DNA of 64,000 nt from NCBI GenBank assembly GCA_003482905.1, contig DMXM01000042.1, forward strand, positions 2,398-66,397, in the 5' to 3' direction. Positions within the stretch are counted from its first letter, which is position 1; each line of letters begins with the position of its first letter. Below, piece after piece: positions 46,535-56,156 of this stretch. The stretch is from Elusimicrobiota bacterium (GTDB lineage: Bacteria; Elusimicrobiota; Elusimicrobia; Elusimicrobiales; UBA9959). The position numbers and the translations under genes are program-made. The notes below the pieces were generated by a model that was given only the letters and a program-made list of their open reading frames with translations, had not been told where the DNA came from and made no database searches.

Positions 46535-47941
46535 ATGAGACCTGTATTTTCCATCCTGCTGCTCGCCGTCCTCCTGCCCGGCTCAGCTCTGTGTTTTGAG
46601 CCGGAGATAGTCCCGGTCAGCGCGCGGAGCGGTGAGCTTTCGGCGGTGAAGGACAGGCTGGCGACCAGCCTGTCCTTGCGCGGTGAGCTGGCCGACCGGA
46701 TAATGGACGCCGGGCTGGCGGGGGAACTGGTGGCACTGGACGGCCTGGAGACCAACGCCGAGGTCAGGAGCGCCCTGCTCGGCTGGATAAACAAGAACGC
46801 GGAGCAGGCGGCCGGGCTATATCTGCGGCTGCGCGGCGGCGGGGCCCCCGCCGCGGCCCTGGAGTCCTACAAGACCACCTACGAATTAAATCCGGTATTT
46901 CTCTCGCTTATAAAAGATCTTAACGCGGCCGCCGGAGGCCGCGCCGTCAGCGACGAGGCCCTGGAGCTGGCGGCCAGGCGGCTGTACGAAGGGCCCCAGG
47001 CCGGGCCCGGGGGCGCCGTGGTGACGGCCGGTGGCGGCCCGAAAGGCAACTCTTTCTTCTCCGTCGACTACGCCGACCGCCGGCTGAACAGGGCTGGGCT
47101 TGAGCGCGAGCTGTCCGCGGCCGGCGCCTGGCTTGGGGCCGCGCGCGGAGCGTCGGGCAGGGGGCCGGCGGGACTGGAAAAAGAATACGGCGCCGCCCTG
47201 GCGGATTACGGTTCTTTCATCGCCGCCGCGGCGGCGGTCAAAGGCCGCGGCGTTATTACCCCGGGTGAGGCGCGGGGGCTTGAAGCCGGCCGAGCCGCGC
47301 TGCGTGTGAACATGGCCGTGCTTGCCTTGCGCTCGCGCGCTGCGGACCTTGCCGCAATTTCCGCCCTGCTGGCAAGTTACGGTCCCGCGCCTGGCGGCCC
47401 GGAGCTCCAGGCTGATATTTCCGGCATGCGCAACCGTCTGGAGGAGGCCGCCGGGAGAGCAAGGTCGGGCGCGACGCCTTTAAGCGGTCTTGGGCGGCTT
47501 ACCCGCGCCGCCGAAGCGGAATTCTCCGCCCTGTACCTGCGGTATTCCGCTTACAACGGGCTGCTCGCCCTTAAAAAACGTGTCGCGGCCTCCGGTTTTT
47601 CGTGTTTTTACGATTACGCCATTTACCGTTACCTGGCGGCTTTTTTTCCGGCTTCCCCCTACCCGTCGGCCAGGGCCGAACTGATGGCGGCCCGGCCGGC
47701 GCTGGACGCGGCTCTCGCCGCGGCCGGGGCCGGTAACGTGCCGGCCGCTCTTCTCGGTTTAGGGGAAAGGGTGGCTTCGGTGAAGGAGGCGCAGCGTTTC
47801 GTCAGCCGCGCCTCATCGTTTAACCGCGGCGCGCAGTTCTTCTTGTGGGGGCTGCTGTTCAGGCCGGTGGAGTACAGGGTCTCAGCCGACGGCGGCCGCC
47901 CCGTTTTTACTTTTACGGAAATAATGCGGAGCCGGCGGTAA
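46535..47941 (+). CDS. Secreted Ala-rich hypothetical protein
   Basis: Signal peptide MRPVFSILLLAVLLPGSALC; no recognisable motif. Confidence 0.55.
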   Translation: MRPVFSILLLAVLLPGSALCFEPEIVPVSARSGELSAVKDRLATSLSLRGELADRIMDAGLAGELVALDGLETNAEVRSALLGWINKNAEQAAGLYLRLRGGGAPAAALESYKTTYELNPVFLSLIKDLNAAAGGRAVSDEALELAARRLYEGPQAGPGGAVVTAGGGPKGNSFFSVDYADRRLNRAGLERELSAAGAWLGAARGASGRGPAGLEKEYGAALADYGSFIAAAAAVKGRGVITPGEARGLEAGRAALRVNMAVLALRSRAADLAAISALLASYGPAPGGPELQADISGMRNRLEEAAGRARSGATPLSGLGRLTRAAEAEFSALYLRYSAYNGLLALKKRVAASGFSCFYDYAIYRYLAAFFPASPYPSARAELMAARPALDAALAAAGAGNVPAALLGLGERVASVKEAQRFVSRASSFNRGAQFFLWGLLFRPVEYRVSADGGRPVFTFTEIMRSRR

Positions 47942-47958
47942 GTTTCAGGAAAAAACGG

Positions 47959-48375
47959 TCACTTCAGTTTTTTGAGCAGGGCCAGCATGGCCAGGTCGCT
48001 CTGGTAAACAAGCTCTTTCCCGGCGTCTTCCAGGGAGCACCACTTCATATCCAGTATCTCGTCCGGCGTTTTGGGCCGGCCGTCGCCGCCCGTGCGCCGC
48101 ATGAGGAACCAGCGTACGTCCTTGTCCACCGGGCGCCCGTCCCGCGTGAAAGAGTATTCCGCTGTATAAAAATCGGACTTGATCTCGCAGTCCCAGCCGG
48201 TTTCTTCGGTTACTTCGCGCAGCGCCGCCGCCTCCGCCGTTTCACCCGCTTCAACATGGCCTTTGGGAAAGGTCCAGACATCCTCCCCCTTGAGGTTGCG
48301 CATCATTATCAGCAGGACTTTGCCGTCCTCCAATATTATGCCGCCGGCGGAATGCTCGTTCTTTTGTTTTGACAT
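47959..48375 (-). CDS. NUDIX hydrolase
   Basis: Nudix box GHVEAGETAEAAALREVTEETG. Confidence 0.9.
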   Translation of the reverse strand: MSKQKNEHSAGGIILEDGKVLLIMMRNLKGEDVWTFPKGHVEAGETAEAAALREVTEETGWDCEIKSDFYTAEYSFTRDGRPVDKDVRWFLMRRTGGDGRPKTPDEILDMKWCSLEDAGKELVYQSDLAMLALLKKLK

Positions 48376-48408
48376 TTTATCGGGTTGTGCGGTTCTCGTC
48401 CCGGCCGG

Positions 48409-51400
48409 CTAGATCGGCTGCAGCGGGGCGTATTTTAGCATGAAAGTCTGGCGCACGCCGCTGTCGAATACCACGGTAACCTTGGCTAGCTCTCCCGCGC
48501 CTATCTGGTCTACCACGCGGCCCGGCCCGTGCACCGGGTGCATTATGCGCCGGCCTTTGCCGATGCGCGGCATGGCCGGCGGCGGCTGGTAGGAGGAGAT
48601 CACCTGCACGTCCTCCTCTCCGGCGCGGACCGCGGTCTCGCGGGCCACCTTGCTCTCGAAAATAAAGCGCGAGGCCAGGTTGGGGTAGGTGGTGCCGAAG
48701 ATGCGGCGCGTGCCGGCCCAGGTGAGGAATAAGCGCTCCCGGGCGCGGGTCATGCCCACGTAGGCCAGGCGGCGTTCCTCCTCCATTTCCTCCTCGGAGG
48801 AATTGCCGGCGTTGATGGGGAAAAGGTTCTCCTCCAGCCCGGTCAGGAACACGGCCGGGAATTCCAGACCCTTGGCCAGGTGCACGGTCATCAGCGTTAC
48901 GGCGTGGGTGTCGGTGTTGAGCTTGTCCACCTGGGAGGACAGCATCACTTCCTCGAGATATTTATGCATGGTGGGGGCGGCGCCTTCTTTCACGCAGTGT
49001 TCCTCGAATTCCTTCACGGCGTTCACCAGTTCCTGCAGATTTCCCAGGCGCGCCAGGGATTCCTGCGGTTCTTTTTCCGCCAGCTCTTCGGTCATTTTCC
49101 AGTAGCCGGACCTTTCCAGGATATTGGCCAGCATGGAGGACGGCGTGGCGGAGAAAAGGTCGGTCTTGACGCCCTCCAGCAGGTCCAGGAATTCTTTTAT
49201 GCCGCGCCGCGCCGTGTTGGTTATGTCGGGCACCTGTTCGCTGCTCAGCAGCGCGTCGTAAAGCGGCATTTCCTTCTGGCGCGCGTAGGCCATTACGTGG
49301 TCCAGGGCGGTCTTGCCCACCCCGCGCGCCGGGAGGTTCACCACGCGCAGCAGGCTTATGGTGTCGGCCGGGTTCACCAGCAGCTTCAGGTAGGCCAGCA
49401 CGTCCTTTACTTCCTTGCGGTCGTAGAAGCGCACCGAGCCTATCAGCCTGTAAGGTATGCGCGAACGGCGGCAGGATTCCTCGAAGGAGCGGCTCTGCGC
49501 GTTGGTCCGGTAAAAAACGGCGATGTCGTTATAGGTGAGGCCGCCGCGCCCGGTGAGGCGTTTTATCTCGTCCGTTATACCGCGCGCCTCGTCGGTTTCG
49601 TTGGCGTATTCCAGCACCACGGGCGCCTCGCCCTGGTCGGCCTTGGTCCAGAGATTCTTGGGGCGGCGGTTCTTGTTATGCTTTATCACCTCGTTGGCCG
49701 CGTGCAGGATGCGCGCCGTGGAGCGGTAGTTCTGTTCCAGCACCACGGTGAAAGCGTCGTTGAAATCCTTCTCGAAATCCATGATATTGCGGATATCCGC
49801 GCCCCGCCACCCGTACACGGAATTGTGGACGACTATCCCGCCGGAGGCGAAATTTCTTCCGCCGGGAACGGAGAGGTCGAAGACGGGGCCGTTATAGCGC
49901 CGGCTCTTTATGCCGGTGACGGCGTCCTCGATTATCTTGCCGCTTTCGAGGACCGGGAGCTTCATTCCAGGCTGGATATGAGAGGCGGGCATGAAATGAA
50001 AAGGTTTCCCATCGGTCAATTTGGCCCTGGAGATCACGGCCAGGCCGTCCAAGTCCGAGATATCAGATGCCAGCTTGAGGGCTTCGTCGTAATCCTTGCG
50101 GGAGGTCTCTATGCGCCACGTGGTTTTTTTATCCGGGCGGACATTGAATTTCTCGCCGGCTTTATTCCGAAGCTCTTCTCCGGAGGTAACAAGCTGAACC
50201 CTGTGGTAATGGCTTTTGTCCGAGAGTTTTTCCCTGCAGTCGCCGAAAACTGTGAACCATACGTATTTCCTATTAAACCCGCCGCGCGTAACCGCGTATG
50301 GCCTGTGATGGGGGAAATCCGGGCTAAGGCCGAAATCTTCCATTATTTTTTCCGCTGCTTTTCCGGTGTTTATCTCCCGGTAGAGGCGGTCGATGAGATC
50401 CTGGCCTACGGCCATGCGGCGGCCCCGCACATGGAAAACCATGGTTGGCAGTCCGTATGTCACTGAAAGGAAGTGTTCGTAATACCGGGCTTCGGCGGCG
50501 CTGGCGCAGGTTTTAATTATCCACATCGCGTCGGCTACTTCCTGGTTTGTGCGCACCATCAGGCCGTTTAAATGGGCATTGTCTTTTGAGGAGCGGGAGC
50601 CTGAGGTGACTCCCAGGCGGTAGCCTTTGTCGCGGCGGTGCATAAGGTAAACATAATGGGCTCCGGCGAACGGATCCAGCCTGGCAAAACAGATGTGGTT
50701 GGGCGTGCAGACCAGCTTTCTGCCGCCTTTGGTCTTAATCTCTATCAGCTCGCCGGAATAAGTCCGTTTTGTAACTTTATTCACTTTCCCGGGGGCGGCC
50801 TTGCCCCAGCCGGAGGCGGAAATAACCGTATCGCCCTCGCGTATGCTCTCTACGCGCTTTTCTCCCGCTTCGGTCCTTATTTTTGATCCGGGCGGGAGGC
50901 ACTGGTCAGGATCTCCGACGACGCAGAGGTTGCGGTGTTTGGCGGAAAGGGTTTTAATGAGCACGTATTGGGCGTGGTTGGTGTCCTGGTATTCGTCCAC
51001 CAGGATGTACTGGAAATTTTCCTGGAAATACTCGCGGATCTCCTCTTTTTCCTTGAGCAGTTCCACCATGCGCACTATCAGGTCGCCGAAGTCCAGCGCG
51101 CCGGCCTCCGTTAATTTCTTTTGGTAGCGGTGGTAGATCTGCGCGGCCTTCAGCCGGGCCGGGTCGTTGACGGCCTGGGCGTTGATCAGGTAGGACTGGG
51201 AATCCAGCAGGTCGTCCTTTGCGCGGGAGATGATGCTTAAGTACAGCGCCGCTTTGTTCTTCTCGGCCTCCAACCCCAATTCGTCCATGGCCAGGCCGAT
51301 AAGCTTTTTCTGGTCGTCGGCGTCGTAGATGACGAAATCCGGTTTTACTCCGATGAGGCGGCCGTGAGCGCGCAGGACGCGCGCGCCCAGCGCGTGAAAG

Positions 51401-51681
51401 GTGTGGATCCACATGCCGCCGGAGTAGGGCACCAGTTTGCCCACCCGTTGCACCATCTCCTGCGCGGCCTTGTTGGTGAAGGTGATGGCCAGGATCTGCG
51501 TCGGGGAGACGCCGGAGGCGATCAGCAGCGCTATTTTGGAGGTGAGCGTTTTTGTTTTGCCGGTGCCGGCGCCGGCGAGGATCAGCAGCGGCCCGGCGAA
51601 GTACTGCACCGCCTCCATCTGCTTGGGGTTCAGACCGAGCTGCGGCAGCAGGGTGGGGTTCAAGTTAAGTTCCAGGCTCAC
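48409..51681 (-). CDS. pcrA: UvrD/PcrA-type ATP-dependent DNA helicase interrupted by an intein
   Basis: Walker A AGAGTGKT; motif II ILVDEYQDTN. Motif III is split as VVGDPDQ | intein | SVYGWRGAD. VTLMTVHLAKGLEF; YVGMTRARERL. Confidence 0.95.
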   Translation of the reverse strand: MSLELNLNPTLLPQLGLNPKQMEAVQYFAGPLLILAGAGTGKTKTLTSKIALLIASGVSPTQILAITFTNKAAQEMVQRVGKLVPYSGGMWIHTFHALGARVLRAHGRLIGVKPDFVIYDADDQKKLIGLAMDELGLEAEKNKAALYLSIISRAKDDLLDSQSYLINAQAVNDPARLKAAQIYHRYQKKLTEAGALDFGDLIVRMVELLKEKEEIREYFQENFQYILVDEYQDTNHAQYVLIKTLSAKHRNLCVVGDPDQCLPPGSKIRTEAGEKRVESIREGDTVISASGWGKAAPGKVNKVTKRTYSGELIEIKTKGGRKLVCTPNHICFARLDPFAGAHYVYLMHRRDKGYRLGVTSGSRSSKDNAHLNGLMVRTNQEVADAMWIIKTCASAAEARYYEHFLSVTYGLPTMVFHVRGRRMAVGQDLIDRLYREINTGKAAEKIMEDFGLSPDFPHHRPYAVTRGGFNRKYVWFTVFGDCREKLSDKSHYHRVQLVTSGEELRNKAGEKFNVRPDKKTTWRIETSRKDYDEALKLASDISDLDGLAVISRAKLTDGKPFHFMPASHIQPGMKLPVLESGKIIEDAVTGIKSRRYNGPVFDLSVPGGRNFASGGIVVHNSVYGWRGADIRNIMDFEKDFNDAFTVVLEQNYRSTARILHAANEVIKHNKNRRPKNLWTKADQGEAPVVLEYANETDEARGITDEIKRLTGRGGLTYNDIAVFYRTNAQSRSFEESCRRSRIPYRLIGSVRFYDRKEVKDVLAYLKLLVNPADTISLLRVVNLPARGVGKTALDHVMAYARQKEMPLYDALLSSEQVPDITNTARRGIKEFLDLLEGVKTDLFSATPSSMLANILERSGYWKMTEELAEKEPQESLARLGNLQELVNAVKEFEEHCVKEGAAPTMHKYLEEVMLSSQVDKLNTDTHAVTLMTVHLAKGLEFPAVFLTGLEENLFPINAGNSSEEEMEEERRLAYVGMTRARERLFLTWAGTRRIFGTTYPNLASRFIFESKVARETAVRAGEEDVQVISSYQPPPAMPRIGKGRRIMHPVHGPGRVVDQIGAGELAKVTVVFDSGVRQTFMLKYAPLQPI
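49822..50901 (-). mobile_element. Intein (360 aa, helicase residues 261-620)
   Basis: Cys1 (CLPPGSKIRT) follows GDPDQ. Block B is TPNH. Blocks F/G are VFDLSVPGGRNFASGGIVVHN followed by Ser+1. Excision restores the canonical motif III GDPDQSVYGWRGA. Confidence 0.9.
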
Positions 51682-51876
51682 AAGGAATGATTTTATAATT
51701 TTAAGAGGGCTTTGTTGCCGTTCATCTGTTTTTACTTCGGAAAACCGGGCGCCGGCCGCCCTCCGTGTTCCGGGAAATCTGGAAACGGGGGGATTTTTTA
51801 GTATTATATATGGCGTAGTACGCTGGCGGAGGCCGGCGGTTGTAGGGGTAAATCTAAAATATAACGGAGCGGCATC

Positions 51877-52284
51877 ATGATCAAAAGAACGGTATTGTGG
51901 ATAGAGCCTGGTTTCCAGAAACGGATGATCTTATTCTGGATGCTGCAGGCCCTGGTGGTGACGGCGGCGACTTACCTGATAACGATTGGCTGGACCATCT
52001 ACCACACCAATCCCACGCTGGCGGGTTACGTGAATTATTTTGTGAAGCCTGCGCTTCTGATCTCGGCCGCGGTGGGGTTCGTTATTTCCTGCCTGGCCGG
52101 GTTGGTCTACTCCCACCGGATTGCCGGCCCGATCTACCGCTTTAAGGCCACCATAGACGCCGTTCTCGAGGGAAAAAACCCCGGAGCAATCACCCTGCGC
52201 CAGCATGACGAAATGAAGGACCTGGCCGAGTCGCTCAACAAGCTTCTGGAACATTACCGGCGGGTTCCCGGCAAAACCGCCTAA
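51877..52284 (+). CDS. Small two-TM membrane protein with a HAMP-like cytoplasmic segment
   Basis: Two hydrophobic helices, then SHRIAGPIYRFKATIDAVLEG...MKDLAESLNKLLE. Confidence 0.55.
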   Translation: MIKRTVLWIEPGFQKRMILFWMLQALVVTAATYLITIGWTIYHTNPTLAGYVNYFVKPALLISAAVGFVISCLAGLVYSHRIAGPIYRFKATIDAVLEGKNPGAITLRQHDEMKDLAESLNKLLEHYRRVPGKTA

Positions 52285-52307
52285 AATCCGGTAAACCGCG
52301 CGCACTG

Positions 52308-52346
52308 AAAAAGAAGAAGGCCCGTTTGAGCGGGCCTTCTTCTTTT
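52308..52346. terminator. Bidirectional rho-independent terminator
   Basis: Perfect 14-bp stem AAGAAGAAGGCCCG / CGGGCCTTCTTCTT (52311-52324 / 52331-52344), flanked by an A-run and a T-run, between convergent genes. Confidence 0.85.
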
Positions 52347-52359
52347 GCGCGGCGCTGGT

Positions 52360-52752
52360 CTAGTTCTTGTCGAACAGGTCTTTGCAGGTAAGAACGGATA
52401 TGGTGTGTATCTCTGTGGCGTCGGCAACGCGTTCTTTGAACTCGGCGCCGGTGAGCTTCCGGGCCGAAAGGAGGTTCTCGTAGCGGACTATGTCGCCGTC
52501 GCGCGCGGCGCCGGCCTGCGCCAGGCAGGACTCGAACGTTTCCTTCTCCGAACCCTGGGCGGCGGCTTCCTGCGCCGGAACCTGGGGAACTATTTCCCAG
52601 CCCGCGCTTCCGGCGTCCGGCTGCTCCTGCCCGTATACGCTGTTGGGGGCGTCCCGGAGGTCGGCGGGTACCGTCGGTGTATTGGAGCGTGTAAAGGTGT
52701 AAGCGCCGGCGGCGACCAGCGCCGCACTGATGATCCAGAATTTTTTATTCAT
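52360..52752 (-). CDS. Hypothetical secreted/anchored protein (130 aa)
   Basis: MNKKFWIISAALVAAGAYTF signal/anchor. Its composition is more protein-like than the overlapping + strand ORF 52345-52947. Confidence 0.5.
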   Translation of the reverse strand: MNKKFWIISAALVAAGAYTFTRSNTPTVPADLRDAPNSVYGQEQPDAGSAGWEIVPQVPAQEAAAQGSEKETFESCLAQAGAARDGDIVRYENLLSARKLTGAEFKERVADATEIHTISVLTCKDLFDKN

Positions 52753-52946
52753 AAGTACCCCACATTAAAAGATTTTCTCTACTTTCATTATTATATCCAA
52801 AAAAGGCCGCGGTTCGCAATAAAAAACGCGCGCCTTCAGCTCCCGGCTCTTATCCGTTCATGGCCAATCCGCGGGTGCGTGTTGATATGCAGGCACGTTA
52901 TAATATATTATTTGTACGATAATATAATTAGGATGGAGCTATCATA

Positions 52947-55900
52947 ATGCCGATGGGGAAATTAAGATTATCCGTAGTGGCGCTGTTGAGCGTTCTATTC
53001 TTTCCGGCGGTCCGCTCCCTGGCCAAGGACGCGCCTCCCTCCCGCGACGCGAAAGCCTGGAAGGCGATGCAGCGGCGCGCCCAGGACGACATGTCCGGCG
53101 AAGCGAACATAAAAATGCTCGGGAATTTTATCCGCGCTTACCCGCAAAGCGCGTTCATTCCGGACGCCCGGTTCGTCATCGCGGAAATGCTTTTCGCCAA
53201 AAAGAAATACAGGGAAGCGTGGCCCCAGTACGGCCTGCTCGCCAAGCAGAAAGGTTCGGCGTACAGGGACGACGCCACGCTGCGCCTTGGGGAGATCCAC
53301 TACAATAACGGCGACATCCCGGCGGCGAGGGGCTACTGGAAGGAGATAAGCGATAAGGTCCTGGGACGGTCCGTGCTTTCCGCCGAGGCGATGTACGGCC
53401 TTATTCTTTGCGACCTGCGCGAGAACGATTACCTGTCGGCAAGCCAGAAACTAGAGCGCCTGACGCGGCAGTTCCCCGCTTACGCCAGCCTGGCCAAGGT
53501 CAGGGAGCTCACCGCCATCGTCCGCTACCAGGAAAAAAATTACAACAAGGCCATGGAGGCTATTGAGGATATCGACACGCCGACCGCGGCCTTCTACCGC
53601 GGGCTGAGCTATTTTCATTTGAAGCAGTATCTTGAGGCGGCCCAGGCCTTCGAAAAGCTTTCCACGCTGGCCGGAGGGACCTATGCGGAGATAGGCGGCT
53701 ATTTTAAAGGCGAAAGCTTCCGCATGTCCGGGAACAACCCGCTGGCGGCGCGGGCCTATTCCGCTTTCATCCGCAGGTACCCCGCCAGCCGGCTGGTCCC
53801 TTACGCGCAGATCCAGTTCGCCAACTCGCTCTTTCACCTGAAGTACGCTAAAAAAGCCATGGAAGTTATCGCCGTGGTGAAGGCGACGCCGGGACTGTCC
53901 GGTGAGATAGCGGCTTACGCGCGCTATATTGAAGCCTCCATCTTTTCATCCGAAGGCGACCAGAAGGCGGCCGTGGCTTCGCTTGATTCGGCAGTCAGGC
54001 TGGTGAATAAAGCCGAAAGCCCGGACGTTTACAGCAGCCTGTACGTGGCCAAGGGTTATTACCTGCTTAAGCAGGGGGACCTTAAGGGCGCCTCCGACGT
54101 GCTCAACCGCCTGCTTCAGGAGATGCCCTACCATCCGCTCGGGCCCGCGGCCTGCATGATATTGGGCAACTCGGCCTACCTGCGGGGGGACTGGAACGCC
54201 GCCATGGCCTCGTATGAGACGGCCCTGCTCAAATACAAGTACACGGAGCTTTCCGACGTCGCCCTGGCCATGCTGCTCAAGACCTATTACAAGGCGGGCA
54301 GGCAACAGGAGCTTGTCACCAATGCGAACCGCATTATGAAGGTGGTGGTGTCGGAATTCCCGGCCCAGAACGCCCCCTGGCGCACCTACGCCTATTTCCT
54401 GCTGGCCGAGGCCTATTACAAGATCAAGCAGTACCCGGAAGCCTCCCTTTACTACCAGCGGGCCATGAAGAACTCCAAGTGGCTATCCGCCGCTCAATTC
54501 TCGCTTGCCTGGTCGCGCTATCACGAGGAGAACTATACCGAATCCATCGCCCTGGCCCAGAAGGTGATGGTTTCCTACGAGAACTCACCCGAAGAGAAAT
54601 CAAGCGCGGCATTCCTTATAGGCGCCAGCCTGTTCAATCAGAAGCAGTACGAGGAGGCCATCGAGGCGTTCCGTCAGCTGCGCAAGAAATTCCCCGGGGA
54701 CAAGAACGTGCCGGAGAGCTATTTCCAGGAAGGCATGGCCCTGAAGCAGTCCCGTTATTTCAAGGACGCCCTTATCGCCTGGTCCAGGCTGATAACCCTG
54801 TACCCGGACAATATCCTGGCGCAGGAGGCCATGCTGCAGATGGGCAGGCTTTATTTCCAGGGCCGGACCTACGACAAGGCCGTCAGGGTCTTCGCCGCTT
54901 TCGCCGAGAAATGGCCCTCCTCCGAGTTTTCAGCCGAGGCCGCCTGGCTGCTGGCCCAGTCCCATTACAACGGCAAGAAATACGCCGAGGCCATTGCGGC
55001 GTATGACGGCTTTCTCAAAAAGTTCCCCAAGGACTACCGCGTAGAGGACGGCAAGACCCAGCTGATGCAGTCCTACTACAACCGCGCCATGCTGAGCAGG
55101 GAACCCGGGCTGCTGGCCCAGTTCGTCAAAATGTATCCCAAATCCGAGCTTGCCGCAGAAGCGCAGTACCAGCTGGGCTACGGGCTCTACGCGGCAAAAG
55201 ACTGGCTTTCGGCGGCCAAAGAGCTGCGCGCGCTGCTGCTGAACTACCCCGGTACGCCCCAGGCCCCCATGGCCCTGCTGGCGGTGGGCCACGCCGAGGA
55301 ATACCTGAAAAGGCTGGACGCCGCGGTGCAGGAATACGAGAGCCTCCTGTCCCTTTTCCCGGCCACCCAGTACGCGATAGACGCCGCGCTGCGGCTTGGC
55401 GCCATTTACTTCAGCCAGGAAAAATATAAGGAAGCCTCCAATAAGTTCAAGTTCCTGGTGGACCACTCCCATGTCCCCGAGGTCCGCGCGGACGCCATCT
55501 ACAACATGGCCGTCTGCTATAAGCGTTCGCAGAATTCCGTGGACGCGCTCTCCGCCTACGAGCTTTTCGTGAAGGATTACCCGGGCGACGAAAGGCAGCT
55601 GGACGCCCTGCTGGAGATGGCGGACATCCACGCGTCCTCCGACGAACATCAGAAGACCATAGACAGCTATACCCGCGTCCTCGCCAGCAAAAGCAAGAAG
55701 CTTACCCCCATGATCAGCATGGACATATACGCGAAGATAGGCGACATCTTCATGAAAGCCCTTAATAATAAGGATAGGGCCGTGGTGGCTTACAGCCAGC
55801 TTATCCCTATGAAGCCTGAGAAATACGATTCCAGGCTGGTGGGGCTGGCTCAGCTGGCCGCGATCTACGAAGAGCGGGCGGACTGGAAAAAATCCCTCTC

Positions 55901-56126
55901 CATCTACGGCTACATCAGCAGGAGCGGCGGACGCAAGGATTGGGTGGCCAGCGCCGCGGGGCGGTCCAAGGAAATTCAGGAGTATCTCCGCGCCAACAGG
56001 GCCAGGGAGCAGCAGCTGGCCGCACAGGAAGAGCAGAAGGCCGCGGCGGCGGTCCCGACCGCCGTCACCAACGGAGACAAATCTTCGGGCGTGGTTCTGG
56101 CGGGCGAAGCCCCCGGGAAAATATAG
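52947..56126 (+). CDS. Large secreted tetratricopeptide-repeat protein (YbgF/CpoB-like repeats)
   Basis: Signal peptide. More than 15 TPR-like units (e.g. YAEAIAAYDGFLKKFPKD, AEAQYQLGYGLYAAKDW). First gene of the ExbB-ExbD-TonB cluster. Confidence 0.8.
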   Translation: MPMGKLRLSVVALLSVLFFPAVRSLAKDAPPSRDAKAWKAMQRRAQDDMSGEANIKMLGNFIRAYPQSAFIPDARFVIAEMLFAKKKYREAWPQYGLLAKQKGSAYRDDATLRLGEIHYNNGDIPAARGYWKEISDKVLGRSVLSAEAMYGLILCDLRENDYLSASQKLERLTRQFPAYASLAKVRELTAIVRYQEKNYNKAMEAIEDIDTPTAAFYRGLSYFHLKQYLEAAQAFEKLSTLAGGTYAEIGGYFKGESFRMSGNNPLAARAYSAFIRRYPASRLVPYAQIQFANSLFHLKYAKKAMEVIAVVKATPGLSGEIAAYARYIEASIFSSEGDQKAAVASLDSAVRLVNKAESPDVYSSLYVAKGYYLLKQGDLKGASDVLNRLLQEMPYHPLGPAACMILGNSAYLRGDWNAAMASYETALLKYKYTELSDVALAMLLKTYYKAGRQQELVTNANRIMKVVVSEFPAQNAPWRTYAYFLLAEAYYKIKQYPEASLYYQRAMKNSKWLSAAQFSLAWSRYHEENYTESIALAQKVMVSYENSPEEKSSAAFLIGASLFNQKQYEEAIEAFRQLRKKFPGDKNVPESYFQEGMALKQSRYFKDALIAWSRLITLYPDNILAQEAMLQMGRLYFQGRTYDKAVRVFAAFAEKWPSSEFSAEAAWLLAQSHYNGKKYAEAIAAYDGFLKKFPKDYRVEDGKTQLMQSYYNRAMLSREPGLLAQFVKMYPKSELAAEAQYQLGYGLYAAKDWLSAAKELRALLLNYPGTPQAPMALLAVGHAEEYLKRLDAAVQEYESLLSLFPATQYAIDAALRLGAIYFSQEKYKEASNKFKFLVDHSHVPEVRADAIYNMAVCYKRSQNSVDALSAYELFVKDYPGDERQLDALLEMADIHASSDEHQKTIDSYTRVLASKSKKLTPMISMDIYAKIGDIFMKALNNKDRAVVAYSQLIPMKPEKYDSRLVGLAQLAAIYEERADWKKSLSIYGYISRSGGRKDWVASAAGRSKEIQEYLRANRAREQQLAAQEEQKAAAAVPTAVTNGDKSSGVVLAGEAPGKI

Positions 56127-56156
56127 TTCTGGAGAGAATCTAAGGAGGAGTTAACA

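Noticed and set aside
48880-50466. 528-aa + strand ORF inside the helicase/intein gene
   Set aside because: The minus strand carries a continuous helicase-intein-helicase reading frame with all diagnostic motifs. The + frame is a Gly/His/Ala/Val-rich shadow.
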